A program made the position numbers and the translations under genes. The notes beneath the pieces are model-generated. The model did not search any database. It worked only from the letters and a program-made list of their open reading frames with translations, and was not told the DNA's origin. Shown piece by piece: positions 20,414-30,933 of a stretch of DNA of 49,592 nucleotides; the first letter of the stretch is position 1; every line of letters starts with the position of its first letter. Source of the DNA: Prevotella sp. (GTDB lineage: Bacteria > Bacteroidota > Bacteroidia > Bacteroidales > Dysgonomonadaceae); contig JAITVV010000052.1 in the NCBI GenBank assembly GCA_031285625.1, positions 1 to 49,592 of the forward strand. The letters run 5' to 3'.

Positions 20414-21313
20414 TTATACCTGAGGTATTATTTTTTCTGCATTATTGATTCTTGCCTCCACATCTTCTTTTGTTCCGCTGAATGGCCCTGATCCTTCTAT
20501 CTTTATAGTTGCCATTGCAGCAGCAAACTTACCGGCTTCTTCTATACCTGCTCCTTTTGCTCTCTTATACAAGTATCCTGTAACATAAGTATCTCCACAA
20601 CCTGTAGCATCTACTACCTCTTTTGGCTTATATGCTGGAATTTTATAATATTGCTTCCCATCATAAATAACAGATCCAAGGCTGCCTAAAGTAACAAGAA
20701 CCTCTTTTACTCCCCAATCATATAATTGTTGTGAAGCTTGTTTAATATCTGTCATTCCTGTCAATACCTCCATTTCCAAGTCATTCACTTTGAGAATATG
20801 AACATATTTCAATGTTTCCAGCTTATTCTTCCAATCGATAGGATAAACATTCTGATCACGAACCTCACGCAAATAGCCTTGTGAATCTATAGCAATAAGT
20901 CCTTTCTGGGATAAGTATTCGACCAGTTCTAATGGGAAATCATCTGCAAGCAAAGCTCCTAACAGGAAAATATTAGCTTCGAAATCTTCGAAACCACTTA
21001 CAGTAAACGGGTCAGCTTTTGCCAAAACACGTTGAGTACGGTTGTTTTGATTTTCACCATATATATTTTCAAAATATACCGAATGCCTGCTTGGAATAAC
21101 ATTAACATCTACCCCCTGGGAACGCAAGTCGTCCACAACAGCCATTTCTGACTGAGCCAGTGATGTAACCAATGTATAATCTATATCTTCGAAGTGGCGA
21201 ATAGCGTGTGAAAAATAGAAAGCTGTGCCTCCAGGCATATGTACTGTGCTTTTAGGTGTAACTACCTTGTCTAAGGTAATATGCCCTATGCAACAAAGAT
21301 CATGTTTATGCAT
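20414..21313 (-). CDS. PfkB/ribokinase family carbohydrate kinase
   Basis: PGG, LKVN..E, VTLGSLG, DATGCGD motifs. Confidence 0.9.
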   Translation of the reverse strand: MHKHDLCCIGHITLDKVVTPKSTVHMPGGTAFYFSHAIRHFEDIDYTLVTSLAQSEMAVVDDLRSQGVDVNVIPSRHSVYFENIYGENQNNRTQRVLAKADPFTVSGFEDFEANIFLLGALLADDFPLELVEYLSQKGLIAIDSQGYLREVRDQNVYPIDWKNKLETLKYVHILKVNDLEMEVLTGMTDIKQASQQLYDWGVKEVLVTLGSLGSVIYDGKQYYKIPAYKPKEVVDATGCGDTYVTGYLYKRAKGAGIEEAGKFAAAMATIKIEGSGPFSGTKEDVEARINNAEKIIPQV

Positions 21314-21384
21314 TATTAATTTTTTTGAAATGCAAAAATAGTAAATTATTACATCTTCTGATTATATCTCTCTCCTAAAAAAGA

Positions 21385-21415
21385 AAAAGGTTTCACCTTT
21401 TAGATAAAACCTTTT
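21385..21415 (-). terminator. Probable terminator of the S9 peptidase gene
   Basis: AAAAGGTTT...AAACCTTTT with A tract on the left. Confidence 0.55.
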
Positions 21416-21428
21416 AAATACGTTATAA

Positions 21429-23852
21429 TTACTTTTTATTCTTTACATATTTTTCCAACCATTGATCTTGTTCCCATAGCAGATGAAATACAGATTCTTT
21501 AGCAGCATATCCATGACTTTCTTTTGGTAGGATAACTAAACGTGCCGGAGCTCCAAATCCTTTCAGAGCATTAAAGTATCGCTCACTCTGCATAGTATAA
21601 GTTCCCGAGTTATTATCATCCCCACCATGAACCAGTAGCATAGGTGTTTTCATTTTGTCGGCATGCATAAATGGCGACATAGTATTATAAACTTCAGGTG
21701 CCTCCCAATAATTCCTTTCTTCGGCCTGAAAACCAAAAGGAGTCAGTGTTCTGTTATAGGCGCCACTACGTGCAATACCTGCGGCAAATAAATCGGAGTG
21801 AGTCAGGAGATTTGCCGTCATAAATGCTCCATATGAATGTCCTCCTACTGCTACACGTGATTTATCTATGTACCCCATCGAATCTACCGCATCTATTGCT
21901 GCTTTTGCATTTGCAATCAGCTGCTCTAAGAATGTATCATTAGGCTCAGCATTACCCTCCCCCACTATGGGAAAAGATGCATCGTCCAATATCGCATATC
22001 CCCTTGTTACCCAATATATAGGCGAGCCATAATATGGATATATAAACTCATTCGGATTGGTAGTATTCTGCCCTGCGCTACTTTTATCTTTATATTCTGT
22101 CGGATATGCCCACATCACCATAGGTAGCTTTTCTTTTTTCTGCATATCATAGTTTGCAGGCAAATAAAGGGTACCTGTTAGTTCCACCCCATCGGGACGT
22201 CTATATTTTATCACTTCCTTATAAATATCGGCTATGCTTCTGAATGGGTTATCAAAATGAGTAATAGCTATCGGTGCAACCCTCTTTATTGTATTCAAAA
22301 TATAATAATTCGGATACTCTGTAAGTGATTGTATCCAGACTAAATATTCTCCACGCTTAGCATCAATGATAGATATTATATCAAGCTTTTTATCAGTATA
22401 ACTCGATTGATAGAGACGTTTGGTTAGCTTTGTATTAAGGTCTATTTCATCCACAAAAGGGAACTGCCCTTTCTCCGAATATCCCTGACCGATCAGATAT
22501 GCTTTAGTACCTTCCAGATTGAGAGTGTATTCTCCAAATTGGTTTTTCTTTGTATCAAAACTTCCGGGATTATTATATACATCCTGATAGCTCCTATCGA
22601 ATAAAAGTGTTGGATTATGCGTTAAGTCATCAGATGGATTAAATATGTATGTTTTCTCATTGCGTGTGTTCCACCAGTAATCCTTTAGAATTGCAATATT
22701 ATCATTTCCCCATATAATTGTTTGAAAACGATTAATTGTTTTAGCCAAGCTTCTAGAATTACCATTAAATGGACTATCTAGTTCATATACTTCATCTCTG
22801 AACTCTGCCTCTATTTCCGGATCACCTTTGTCCAAAGCTTCTACCCAATATAATGTTGCGGGTTTGTCTGCTCTCCATGATATATTACGTTTTCCCGTAT
22901 AAGTTGCCATAAAACCTTTTGGCATAACCTCTTGTAATGGTTTATCATTAAATTTACTAATCAACTCTCCATTCTGGTCATAGATTACGGTTTCTACCGG
23001 AAACCTATATAATGGAACTATATAAGAGAAAGGTTTATGCAAGGTACTTATTAACACATAATTACCATCAGGAGAGAAAGTTTCTCCCGTATACATATTC
23101 TTATCTTTCCATAATGTTTTATTTCCAGATAAATTAACTTTATACAACTCTGATGTAACCAAAGATTCAAAATTAGCCTCATCTGTTGCATTTTTCAATA
23201 AATCCTGATAAGTCCGGTTTTGAGCTTTTTCTCCAACTTCGCTAACCGAAATTGTAGGGCCATTAGGTATACTCTCCTTTGTATCTATCAAATCTGATCT
23301 GTCATCCGGTAACACCCGTACCAGCAGTTCATTACTATCCTTAAACCAAGTATATGGATTTCCTAAATTTGCATTTAAGTTAGCTTCTGTTAACCTTTCT
23401 GCTTTTAATGATAATAAATCTATATACCATAGCTCAACCCCTGTAGCTGTAGTATTCGTAAAAGCAACCTTATTTTCATCAGGCGACCAAGTCACATAGC
23501 TTATTTTTGCATTTTGTGGCAATCCTTCGATTTGTATAGGTTCAGTATTAGCAATATCCTTGAATTTGAGATTGTTTATATATGTTATCGTACTTGATAT
23601 ATTTGTTTTAGGATTAATCCTAAGACCTCCTAACCTCATCTCCTTTTCAGATAAATCTGCCAGAGTTTTATATGTATTTCTATACTGAAATAGCATCTTA
23701 GTACGTTTACTATTCATACTAAGAGTAGGTGCCCGATCAAAATCAGCAAGCTCAAGAATCTCTGCCGGAGGTTTTTGATACATCAAATCTTCCTGTGCAA
23801 ATACACTAACAGAAAGGAATAAAACCAAAATTAAAAATAGTTGCTTTTTCAT
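21429..23852 (-). CDS. S9 family (prolyl oligopeptidase clan) serine peptidase, secreted
   Basis: GGHSYG nucleophile, HGGDD, ESHGY triad order; signal peptide. Confidence 0.92.
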   Translation of the reverse strand: MKKQLFLILVLFLSVSVFAQEDLMYQKPPAEILELADFDRAPTLSMNSKRTKMLFQYRNTYKTLADLSEKEMRLGGLRINPKTNISSTITYINNLKFKDIANTEPIQIEGLPQNAKISYVTWSPDENKVAFTNTTATGVELWYIDLLSLKAERLTEANLNANLGNPYTWFKDSNELLVRVLPDDRSDLIDTKESIPNGPTISVSEVGEKAQNRTYQDLLKNATDEANFESLVTSELYKVNLSGNKTLWKDKNMYTGETFSPDGNYVLISTLHKPFSYIVPLYRFPVETVIYDQNGELISKFNDKPLQEVMPKGFMATYTGKRNISWRADKPATLYWVEALDKGDPEIEAEFRDEVYELDSPFNGNSRSLAKTINRFQTIIWGNDNIAILKDYWWNTRNEKTYIFNPSDDLTHNPTLLFDRSYQDVYNNPGSFDTKKNQFGEYTLNLEGTKAYLIGQGYSEKGQFPFVDEIDLNTKLTKRLYQSSYTDKKLDIISIIDAKRGEYLVWIQSLTEYPNYYILNTIKRVAPIAITHFDNPFRSIADIYKEVIKYRRPDGVELTGTLYLPANYDMQKKEKLPMVMWAYPTEYKDKSSAGQNTTNPNEFIYPYYGSPIYWVTRGYAILDDASFPIVGEGNAEPNDTFLEQLIANAKAAIDAVDSMGYIDKSRVAVGGHSYGAFMTANLLTHSDLFAAGIARSGAYNRTLTPFGFQAEERNYWEAPEVYNTMSPFMHADKMKTPMLLVHGGDDNNSGTYTMQSERYFNALKGFGAPARLVILPKESHGYAAKESVFHLLWEQDQWLEKYVKNKK

Positions 23853-24090
23853 TATGATTATTTTGTGGGTTCCAGATTTTTAAATCAAATGCTAAAATAC
23901 AAATTTTATAAATACCTATACTCGTTTATTGTCAATTTGATAGATAAATAGGAAAAACAGTCTTTCATCAGGGCTTTATCAAATAATCAATGATAAATAT
24001 TAATTTCCAATTATTTTTGCTGTTATTCATACTTTTTTTATTTCTTTGTTAATTGATCGGATAATAATATCCAATCACACAATAATAGAG

Positions 24091-24519
24091 ATGAAAAGAT
24101 ATTTATACATAACATTAGGCTTAATATCATTAAGCCTGGGTTTGTTGGGAATAGTGACTCCCGGACTTCCCACTACACCTTTTATTCTTCTTACAGGTGT
24201 ATTGTTTGCTAAAGGATCGCCAAGACTTCACCAAAAATTATTAGACAATAAGCTGACCGGACGCTATATACGCCAGGTAAATAATGGTTTCAGCCTCAAA
24301 GGGATGGCTATATCCATAGGTATGATGTGGTGTATGATCTTCTTTACAGCTTTTGTTGTATTCGTGAACAATGAAACAATGCGATTTGTTATGCTAGGAT
24401 TAGGAGTTGTAGGTACAATAGCCCAACTCATAGTTCTCCGAAAAAAGAAAAAGAAAGCAAAAATATCAGTATTAGAAAGCGAAAATCAAGATGGGACAAG
24501 GAATTTGAAGGCTTCTTGA
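24091..24519 (+). CDS. YbaN/DUF454 family inner membrane protein
   Basis: LG..G..PGLPTTPFILL, SPRLH motifs; ATG at 24091. Confidence 0.88.
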   Translation: MKRYLYITLGLISLSLGLLGIVTPGLPTTPFILLTGVLFAKGSPRLHQKLLDNKLTGRYIRQVNNGFSLKGMAISIGMMWCMIFFTAFVVFVNNETMRFVMLGLGVVGTIAQLIVLRKKKKKAKISVLESENQDGTRNLKAS

Positions 24520-24566
24520 ATTTGATAAAAAATGTATATTTATGTTATAAAAAATAGAAGTTATAT

Positions 24567-24597
24567 TTTGTTATCTTGCTATAATTCTCTTCCTTTG
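24567..24597 (+). promoter_or_regulatory. Promoter-like -33/-7 pair (variant TTCCTTTG)
   Basis: TTTG-N19-TTCCTTTG upstream of the DUF3467 gene. Confidence 0.5.
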
Positions 24598-24638
24598 TGT
24601 AAGAAGGGGACATTTAAAACAGAAACAACCTAATAAAA

Positions 24639-24956
24639 ATGGAAAACAATAACAACGAACAGAATAATCAAATACAAATTGAATTACCGGAAGATGTAGC
24701 TCAGGGAATATACTCTAATTTAGCTATAATAGCCCACTCCTCATCCGAATTTGTTATCGATTTTGTCCGTATATTACCTGGTATGCCCAAAGCAAAAGTA
24801 CAATCACGTATAGTTATCACGCCCGAGCATGCCAAACGTTTGTTGTATGCATTGAATGACAATGTAAAAAGATTTGAATCCCAGAATGGACCCATTACCG
24901 TTGATAATCCGGCAGGTTTCTTACCTCCTATCAACGGCCCTATAGGAGAAGCTTGA
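24639..24956 (+). CDS. DUF3467 domain protein
   Basis: G.YSNLAII.HS.SEF..DF and SRIVITP.HAKRLL.AL motifs. Confidence 0.85.
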   Translation: MENNNNEQNNQIQIELPEDVAQGIYSNLAIIAHSSSEFVIDFVRILPGMPKAKVQSRIVITPEHAKRLLYALNDNVKRFESQNGPITVDNPAGFLPPINGPIGEA

Positions 24957-24989
24957 TCTAATATTATTCAATAATAAAACGAAGAATAT

Positions 24990-26096
24990 ATGAAAGTTGG
25001 AATTCCTAAAGAGCTAAAGGCTTTTGAAAATCGTGTTGCTGTAACACCAGCAGGCGTACATGAATTAGTGGCATGTGGACATGAAGTCTATGTGGAGACT
25101 GGTGCAGGAATTGGTAGTGGCTTTTCAGATTCGGATTACACGGCTACCGGAGCCAAAATACTATCAACAATAGAAGAGACATACGCTATTGCCGATATGA
25201 TAGTAAAAGTAAAGGAACCTATTCAACAAGAATATAATCTCATTCGCGAAAATCAAATAATATTTACTTATTTTCATTTTGCTTCCAGTCTGGAACTCAC
25301 AGAGGCAATGATAAAGAGTAAGGCAATCTGTATAGCATATGAAACGGTAGAGCTACCAGATCATTCCTTACCTTTACTTGTTCCTATGAGTGAGGTAGCC
25401 GGACGTATGGCAATACAAGAGGGAGCACGCTTTCTGGAAAAACCCCATTTAGGAAAAGGCGTTCTTTTAGGAGGAGTACCAGGAGTAAAACCAGCACATG
25501 TTATTGTTATTGGAGGTGGTATTGTTGGAGCTCAATCAGCTAAGATTGCTGCCGGTATGGGAGCAAGGGTTACTATTTTAGATAAAAGCTTACCCCGACT
25601 CCGTTACTTAAACGATATAATGCCGGCCAATATAACTACAAGATATTCAGATACACATACGATCAAAGAACTTATTAAAGATGCAGATCTCATCGTAGGA
25701 GCTGTATTGATTGCCGGTGACAAAGCCCCTCAGGTAATAACCAGAGGAATGCTAAAAGAAATGCAGCCGGGAACAGTATTAGTAGATGTGGCTATAGATC
25801 AGGGAGGATGTTTCGAAACATCCAGGCCTACAACACATATCGATCCGGTATTTGTGATAGATGATGTTGTACACTATTGTGTAGCCAATATTCCGGGTGC
25901 AGTACCGATGACTTCTACCCTGGCCCTTACGAATGCAACATTGCCTTATGCTTTGAGTTTAGCCAATATGGGATGGGAAGAGGCATGTAAAGAATATAAA
26001 GATCTGCGTAAAGGATTGAATATTATTAAAGGAGATATAGTATATAAAGCAGTCGCTCATACTTTTGGACTACAATATAAGGAATATCAATTTTAA
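24990..26096 (+). CDS. ald: Alanine dehydrogenase
   Basis: GIPKE..ENRV, VKVKEP, LLVPMSEVAGR, GGGIVG, DVAIDQGG, VANIPGAVP. Confidence 0.96.
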   Translation: MKVGIPKELKAFENRVAVTPAGVHELVACGHEVYVETGAGIGSGFSDSDYTATGAKILSTIEETYAIADMIVKVKEPIQQEYNLIRENQIIFTYFHFASSLELTEAMIKSKAICIAYETVELPDHSLPLLVPMSEVAGRMAIQEGARFLEKPHLGKGVLLGGVPGVKPAHVIVIGGGIVGAQSAKIAAGMGARVTILDKSLPRLRYLNDIMPANITTRYSDTHTIKELIKDADLIVGAVLIAGDKAPQVITRGMLKEMQPGTVLVDVAIDQGGCFETSRPTTHIDPVFVIDDVVHYCVANIPGAVPMTSTLALTNATLPYALSLANMGWEEACKEYKDLRKGLNIIKGDIVYKAVAHTFGLQYKEYQF

Positions 26097-26145
26097 AGAA
26101 TCAAATTAGAATCCTCATATATTTACTAATATAAAATTATTTTTT

Positions 26146-27699
26146 ATGGAACTACTAAATGCATCGTTAATAGACTGGTCAAGAGCCCAGTTTGCTATGA
26201 CAGCAATGTATCACTGGTTGTTTGTGCCCCTGACCCTGGGTCTGGGGATCATCATGGCAATCATGGAGACAATGTATGTACGTACTGGTGATGAACAGTG
26301 GAAAAAAACTGCAAAATTCTGGATGAATATTTTCGGTATCAATTTCGCTATTGGGATTGCGACAGGACTTATCATGGAATTTCAGTTTGGGACTAACTGG
26401 TCAAACTATAGCTGGTTTGTAGGTGATATCTTCGGAGCGCCGCTAGCTATCGAAGCCACAGTTGCTTTCTTTCTGGAAGCTACATTTATCTCCATTATGT
26501 TTTTTGGATGGAAGCGCGTTGGTAAAAAAATGCACTTGGCATCTACATGGTTAACAATAGCCGGAGCTACACTTTCTGCTCTTTGGATTCTGGTAGCCAA
26601 TGCATGGATGCAGTACCCTGTAGGTATGGAATTCAATCCTGACACAACCCGTAACGAAATGATGGATTTTTGGGCAGTAGCATTGTCACCTGTTGCCATC
26701 AATAAATTCTTTCATACCGTTCTTTCAGGTTGGGTATTAGGAGCATTGTTTGTAGTCGGAATCGCAGCATGGTACATGATTAAGAAAAGAAATGCACAGT
26801 TCGCTCAACAAAGTATGAAAGTAGCCGTTGCCTTCGGACTTATATCTTCGCTTCTTATTCTTTGGACTGGTCATGGTTCAGCTCAGCAAGTTGCTGAAAA
26901 ACAGCCAATGAAATTAGCCGTAATGGAAGGACTATATGAAGGTGGAGAAGGCGTTGGCCTCATAGCCTTTGCAATTCCTAATCCGTCAAAAGAATCATAC
27001 AAAGACAATACTGATCCTTATCTTTTGAATATTAGCATTCCTAAAGGATTATCATGGTTAAGTTTCGGAGATATGGAAGCATATGTACCGGGAATAAAAG
27101 ATATAATAGACGGAGGTTATAGAGAGCCTGATGGTTCTACTGCCCTATCGTTTACTGAAAAGCAAAGCAGAGGAAAAGCAGCCATACAAGCTTTGGCTGA
27201 CTATAAGAAGGCTAAAAAAGATGGAAACGAAACTGCTGCAACAGAATATAAAGAAAAAATAAAAGCTAATTATGCTTATTTCGGTTATGGATATTTGGAT
27301 ACACCAGAACAATTGATACCAAATATACCAATGGTATATTGGTCATTCCATATCATGGTTTATCTGGGAGGATACTTTATTGCATTATTCCTTCTCTTAG
27401 GATTCCTTGTATACCGTAAGAAAGATCTGGAAAATATGAAATGGCTTCTTTGGGTTTGTGTTTGGACAATTCCATTGGCATATATTGCAGGACAAGCCGG
27501 TTGGGTACTGGCTGAAGTTGGACGCCAACCATGGGCTATTCAGGATTTATTACCGCTTCAGGCAGCGATATCATCATTATCGACCCAGTCTGTAATAATT
27601 ACTTTCTGCCTATTCCTTGCACTATTTACAGCTTTACTTATTGCAGAGATTCGCATTATGCTGAATCAGATAAAGAAAGGTCCGGAGGAATCTCACTAA
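26146..27699 (+). CDS. cydA: Cytochrome bd ubiquinol oxidase subunit I
   Basis: SRAQFA..HWLFVP, EFQFGTNW, QPMKLA, EVGRQPW. Confidence 0.97.
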   Translation: MELLNASLIDWSRAQFAMTAMYHWLFVPLTLGLGIIMAIMETMYVRTGDEQWKKTAKFWMNIFGINFAIGIATGLIMEFQFGTNWSNYSWFVGDIFGAPLAIEATVAFFLEATFISIMFFGWKRVGKKMHLASTWLTIAGATLSALWILVANAWMQYPVGMEFNPDTTRNEMMDFWAVALSPVAINKFFHTVLSGWVLGALFVVGIAAWYMIKKRNAQFAQQSMKVAVAFGLISSLLILWTGHGSAQQVAEKQPMKLAVMEGLYEGGEGVGLIAFAIPNPSKESYKDNTDPYLLNISIPKGLSWLSFGDMEAYVPGIKDIIDGGYREPDGSTALSFTEKQSRGKAAIQALADYKKAKKDGNETAATEYKEKIKANYAYFGYGYLDTPEQLIPNIPMVYWSFHIMVYLGGYFIALFLLLGFLVYRKKDLENMKWLLWVCVWTIPLAYIAGQAGWVLAEVGRQPWAIQDLLPLQAAISSLSTQSVIITFCLFLALFTALLIAEIRIMLNQIKKGPEESH

Positions 27700-27732
27700 T
27701 ACATGATTTTTTAACTAAAAAAAGATATAACT

Positions 27733-28878
27733 ATGGATTATTCATTTTTACAACATTATTGGTGGTTCCTTATATGCCTTATCGGAGGAATTTTTGCATT
27801 TCTTCTGTTTGTGCAAGGAGGACAATCAATGCTCTTTTCATTAGCAAAAGATGAAAAGGAACGAATGATATTGGTTAATACCCTGGGGCGCAAATGGGAA
27901 TATACATTTACTACACTGGTAACTTTTGGTGGAGCTCTCTTCGCTTCATTCCCATTATTTTACTCTACCAGTTTTGGCGGTGCATATTGGGTTTGGATGG
28001 CTATTCTATTCTGCTTTGTAATACAAGCAGTATCTTATGAATACCAGTCAAAACCAGGAAACTTATTCGGACGTAACACATACAGATGGTTCTTATTTAC
28101 TAATGGATTATTAGGAACATTCCTGGTAGGTGCTGCACTGGCTACATTCTTCACAGGTTCCGACTTCACTGTAAACAAGGGAAATATGACAGATGTATTA
28201 AGCCCTGTTATCAGCCGTTGGGGAACTGAATGGCATGGACTGGAAGCACTGGCAGAACCTCGTAACTGGTTACTTGGACTAACTGTATTCTTCCTTGCCC
28301 GCACACTTGCATGTCTATATTTTATTAATCGCCTTCAAGACGAAACATTGATAAAACGTTCCCGTAAATTCTTACTCTACAACTGTATACCATTCGTAGT
28401 GTTCTTTTTGGCATTTGTTATATGGATCAGCTTATCTCAAGGGTTTGCGGTAAACCCTGATACAAAAGAAGTATTCTTGCAACCATATAAATATTTCTTA
28501 AATCTGGTAGAAATGCCAATTGTAGGGATTGTTTTTGTTGTAGGCGTATTACTGGTATTGTTTGGTATCGGAAAAACGCTATTAAGTGAATCATTTAGCA
28601 AAGGTATCTGGTTTACAGGTATAGGTACTGTACTTACAGTATGTATGCTACTATTGATTACCGGCTTTAATAATACAGCATATTATCCATCAAGTACAGA
28701 TCTGCAAAGCTCATTGACTATTGAAAATTCATCCTCGAGTGAATTTACCCTTACTGTTATGAGTGTTGTATCACTTCTTGTTCCTGTTGTATTAGCATAT
28801 ATTGCTTATGCATGGGGCGTATTGGAAAGAAAACGCATGGACGTGAAAGATTTGAAAGACGATGGTCATGTATATTAA
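27733..28878 (+). CDS. cydB: Cytochrome bd ubiquinol oxidase subunit II
   Basis: GRKWEYTFTTLVTFGGA.FASFP, SLTI.N.SSS; follows cydA. Confidence 0.96.
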   Translation: MDYSFLQHYWWFLICLIGGIFAFLLFVQGGQSMLFSLAKDEKERMILVNTLGRKWEYTFTTLVTFGGALFASFPLFYSTSFGGAYWVWMAILFCFVIQAVSYEYQSKPGNLFGRNTYRWFLFTNGLLGTFLVGAALATFFTGSDFTVNKGNMTDVLSPVISRWGTEWHGLEALAEPRNWLLGLTVFFLARTLACLYFINRLQDETLIKRSRKFLLYNCIPFVVFFLAFVIWISLSQGFAVNPDTKEVFLQPYKYFLNLVEMPIVGIVFVVGVLLVLFGIGKTLLSESFSKGIWFTGIGTVLTVCMLLLITGFNNTAYYPSSTDLQSSLTIENSSSSEFTLTVMSVVSLLVPVVLAYIAYAWGVLERKRMDVKDLKDDGHVY

Positions 28879-28901
28879 TTGATATATGATAACTTAGATA
28901 G

Positions 28902-28929
28902 AAGAGGTACCAATTAGTACCTCTTTTTT
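28902..28929 (+). terminator. Intrinsic terminator of cydAB
   Basis: AAGAGGTAC-caatta-GTACCTCTT plus T tract. Confidence 0.8.
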
Positions 28930-29212
28930 ATTTGAGAGTGGTGAATATTTTGAAATAAATGATTCCTATATTTATTTTTATTGTAGATTTACTTACTCTA
29001 ATACATTAAAGCTCAATCTATGGAAACTAGCTCTCACTTCATTGCTGATAGTAATAGTTTTAACCACGCTAATTACTATCTCTTGTAAAAAGATCGCTAT
29101 TGCCAAACTGAAACCTGAGAGTGAAGATATGATAGCGAGAGTAACTAAGGAATTGAATTAAATATATCGTCTTATTATTAAGGTAAATAAAAATTGTCTT
29201 ATATAAAAAGTT

Positions 29213-29280
29213 CTTTGGTATGATATAAAGAAAAAGTAACACTTAAAAACGACAAAAAGCTGTCACTTTTGTTACTTTTC
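29213..29280 (-). repeat. Dispersed intergenic repeat, copy B
   Basis: Reverse complement reads AAAAGTAAC-AAAAGTGAC-AG...TGTTACTTTTT..TATATCATA. Confidence 0.6.
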
Positions 29281-29322
29281 AAGGTATGTTGTTACGTGTA
29301 GGTGTTCTAATCTAAAAATAAA

Positions 29323-29347
29323 AAGGAAGCAAATATTTTGCTTCCTT
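29323..29347 (-). terminator. Terminator of the ferredoxin gene
   Basis: AAGGAAGCAAA-tat-TTTGCTTCCTT with A tract on the left. Confidence 0.75.
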
Positions 29348-29369
29348 ATATATTTTATAGTCCTGACAA

Positions 29370-29537
29370 TTATGCAGGATGGATTGCTTCTGTTGGGCAA
29401 GCATCAGCACAAGTACCACAATCAGTACATGTATCCGGATCAATTTTATAGATATCTCCTTCTGAAATAGCGTTTACTGGACATTCATCTATGCAAGTAC
29501 CACAAGCAATACAGTCTTCGTTAATTACGTAAGCCAT
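29370..29537 (-). CDS. 2[4Fe-4S] ferredoxin, 55 aa (absent from the ORF track)
   Basis: MAYVINEDCIACGTCIDECPVNAISEGDIYKIDPDTCTDCGTCADACPTEAIHPA; two CxxCxxCxxxCP motifs. Confidence 0.97.
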   Translation of the reverse strand: MAYVINEDCIACGTCIDECPVNAISEGDIYKIDPDTCTDCGTCADACPTEAIHPA

Positions 29538-29795
29538 GATTTTTTCGTTTTAATATTATTACTAACTTTGATACGGCAAATATAACGAGTTTTTTCTTTA
29601 TCCAAAAACGGATACTGTTAGATATTATAAATATTAAGATTGTTTATATCTATAAATATAATTATACACCTAATATACAGCATATTAAATTTAACTATTT
29701 AGAATTTAGTCTCTCGTTATTTTTACCCTTTCTAAGTAATAGAACATAACAATAACTAACAATAAATTACGTTATTAGAAATAAAAACAGCTATT

Positions 29796-30506
29796 TTGAA
29801 ACCAAATAAAATATTCACGTTACTACTGCTTATCAGTGTAATTTGTGTAAACTCACAGGCACAAGTACGAAAAGCTCTGAATCAACCCTTTGCTGATCAG
29901 AAAATGTACCATCTGGGATTCTCTATTGGATTTCACACGCAGGATATGATTCTGTCACATACAGGATTTGTTGGTGATAATGGAGAAGCTTGGTTTTCCG
30001 AAATACCATCCTACTCTGTTGGATTCAGTGTTGGAATGATCGGAGACCGGTATCTGAACCAATACATGAATCTGCGATTGGCCCCTACCCTGCATTTTGG
30101 TGAAAGAAGATTCGTATTCAAAGAACAAACATCAGGAGAAGAGGTCGATTCTGCATTGAAAAGTAACTATATATCGATCCCTCTATACTTGAAATTTAGT
30201 GCGGACAGGATGGGTAATTTCAGACCGTATTTTCTGGCCGGAGGATATGCAGCAGTTAATATCGGCAGTAAAAAGGATGATCTCCTACGTTTTAAACAAA
30301 TGGATTACGGCTTAGAATTTGGAGTCGGCTGCAATATCTATCTGCCGCTATTTAAGCTGTGCCCTGAGTTGAAGTTTTCATTTGGCTTGACTGACGTTGT
30401 AAACAAAAACAGATCGGATCTTTCCGATCAAGATATGATAAAGTACACTCAGGCAATATCTTCAGGAAAAACGAGAATGATCTCATTAGTCTTTAACTTT
30501 GAGTAG
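29796..30506 (+). CDS. porT: PorT family outer membrane beta-barrel (type IX secretion component)
   Basis: Signal peptide; P.AD.K.YHLGF, LR..P...FG, FK.CPELKFSFG, C-terminal FNFE; TTG start. Confidence 0.82.
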   Translation: MKPNKIFTLLLLISVICVNSQAQVRKALNQPFADQKMYHLGFSIGFHTQDMILSHTGFVGDNGEAWFSEIPSYSVGFSVGMIGDRYLNQYMNLRLAPTLHFGERRFVFKEQTSGEEVDSALKSNYISIPLYLKFSADRMGNFRPYFLAGGYAAVNIGSKKDDLLRFKQMDYGLEFGVGCNIYLPLFKLCPELKFSFGLTDVVNKNRSDLSDQDMIKYTQAISSGKTRMISLVFNFE

Positions 30507-30507
30507 A

Positions 30508-30933
30508 ATGAATCTCAGATATAAGGATAACTGTGAAAATATACCTTGGGACAAAGTACCCCTCCTGTTGGAAAAAGTCAATATGAGTTTCTCTGATCCT
30601 GAGACACACAAGGAATCATTTGAAGCCAGCTATTCGGTCATATTTGTTTTCGACAATGAAGAATTGATAGGCTTTGGGCGTATTTTATCAGATGGAGTAA
30701 GACAATCGGCCATATACGATGTTGCCGTTGAACCATCATATCAAGGACATAAAATTGGACAAAATATAATAGAGCGATTAATAAAAACTACACCAAACTG
30801 CAATTTTATCTTATATGCTTCTCCTGGTAAGGAAGGCTTTTATAAAAAGTTGAACTTTAGAAAAATGAAGACGGGTATGGCTTTATTTTCCAATACTCAA
30901 CGAATGATAGATAGCGGCTTTATAGAGGAATGA
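30508..30933 (+). CDS. GNAT family N-acetyltransferase
   Basis: IGFGR..SDG, DVAV.P.YQG.KIG, FYKK motifs. Confidence 0.9.
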   Translation: MNLRYKDNCENIPWDKVPLLLEKVNMSFSDPETHKESFEASYSVIFVFDNEELIGFGRILSDGVRQSAIYDVAVEPSYQGHKIGQNIIERLIKTTPNCNFILYASPGKEGFYKKLNFRKMKTGMALFSNTQRMIDSGFIEE

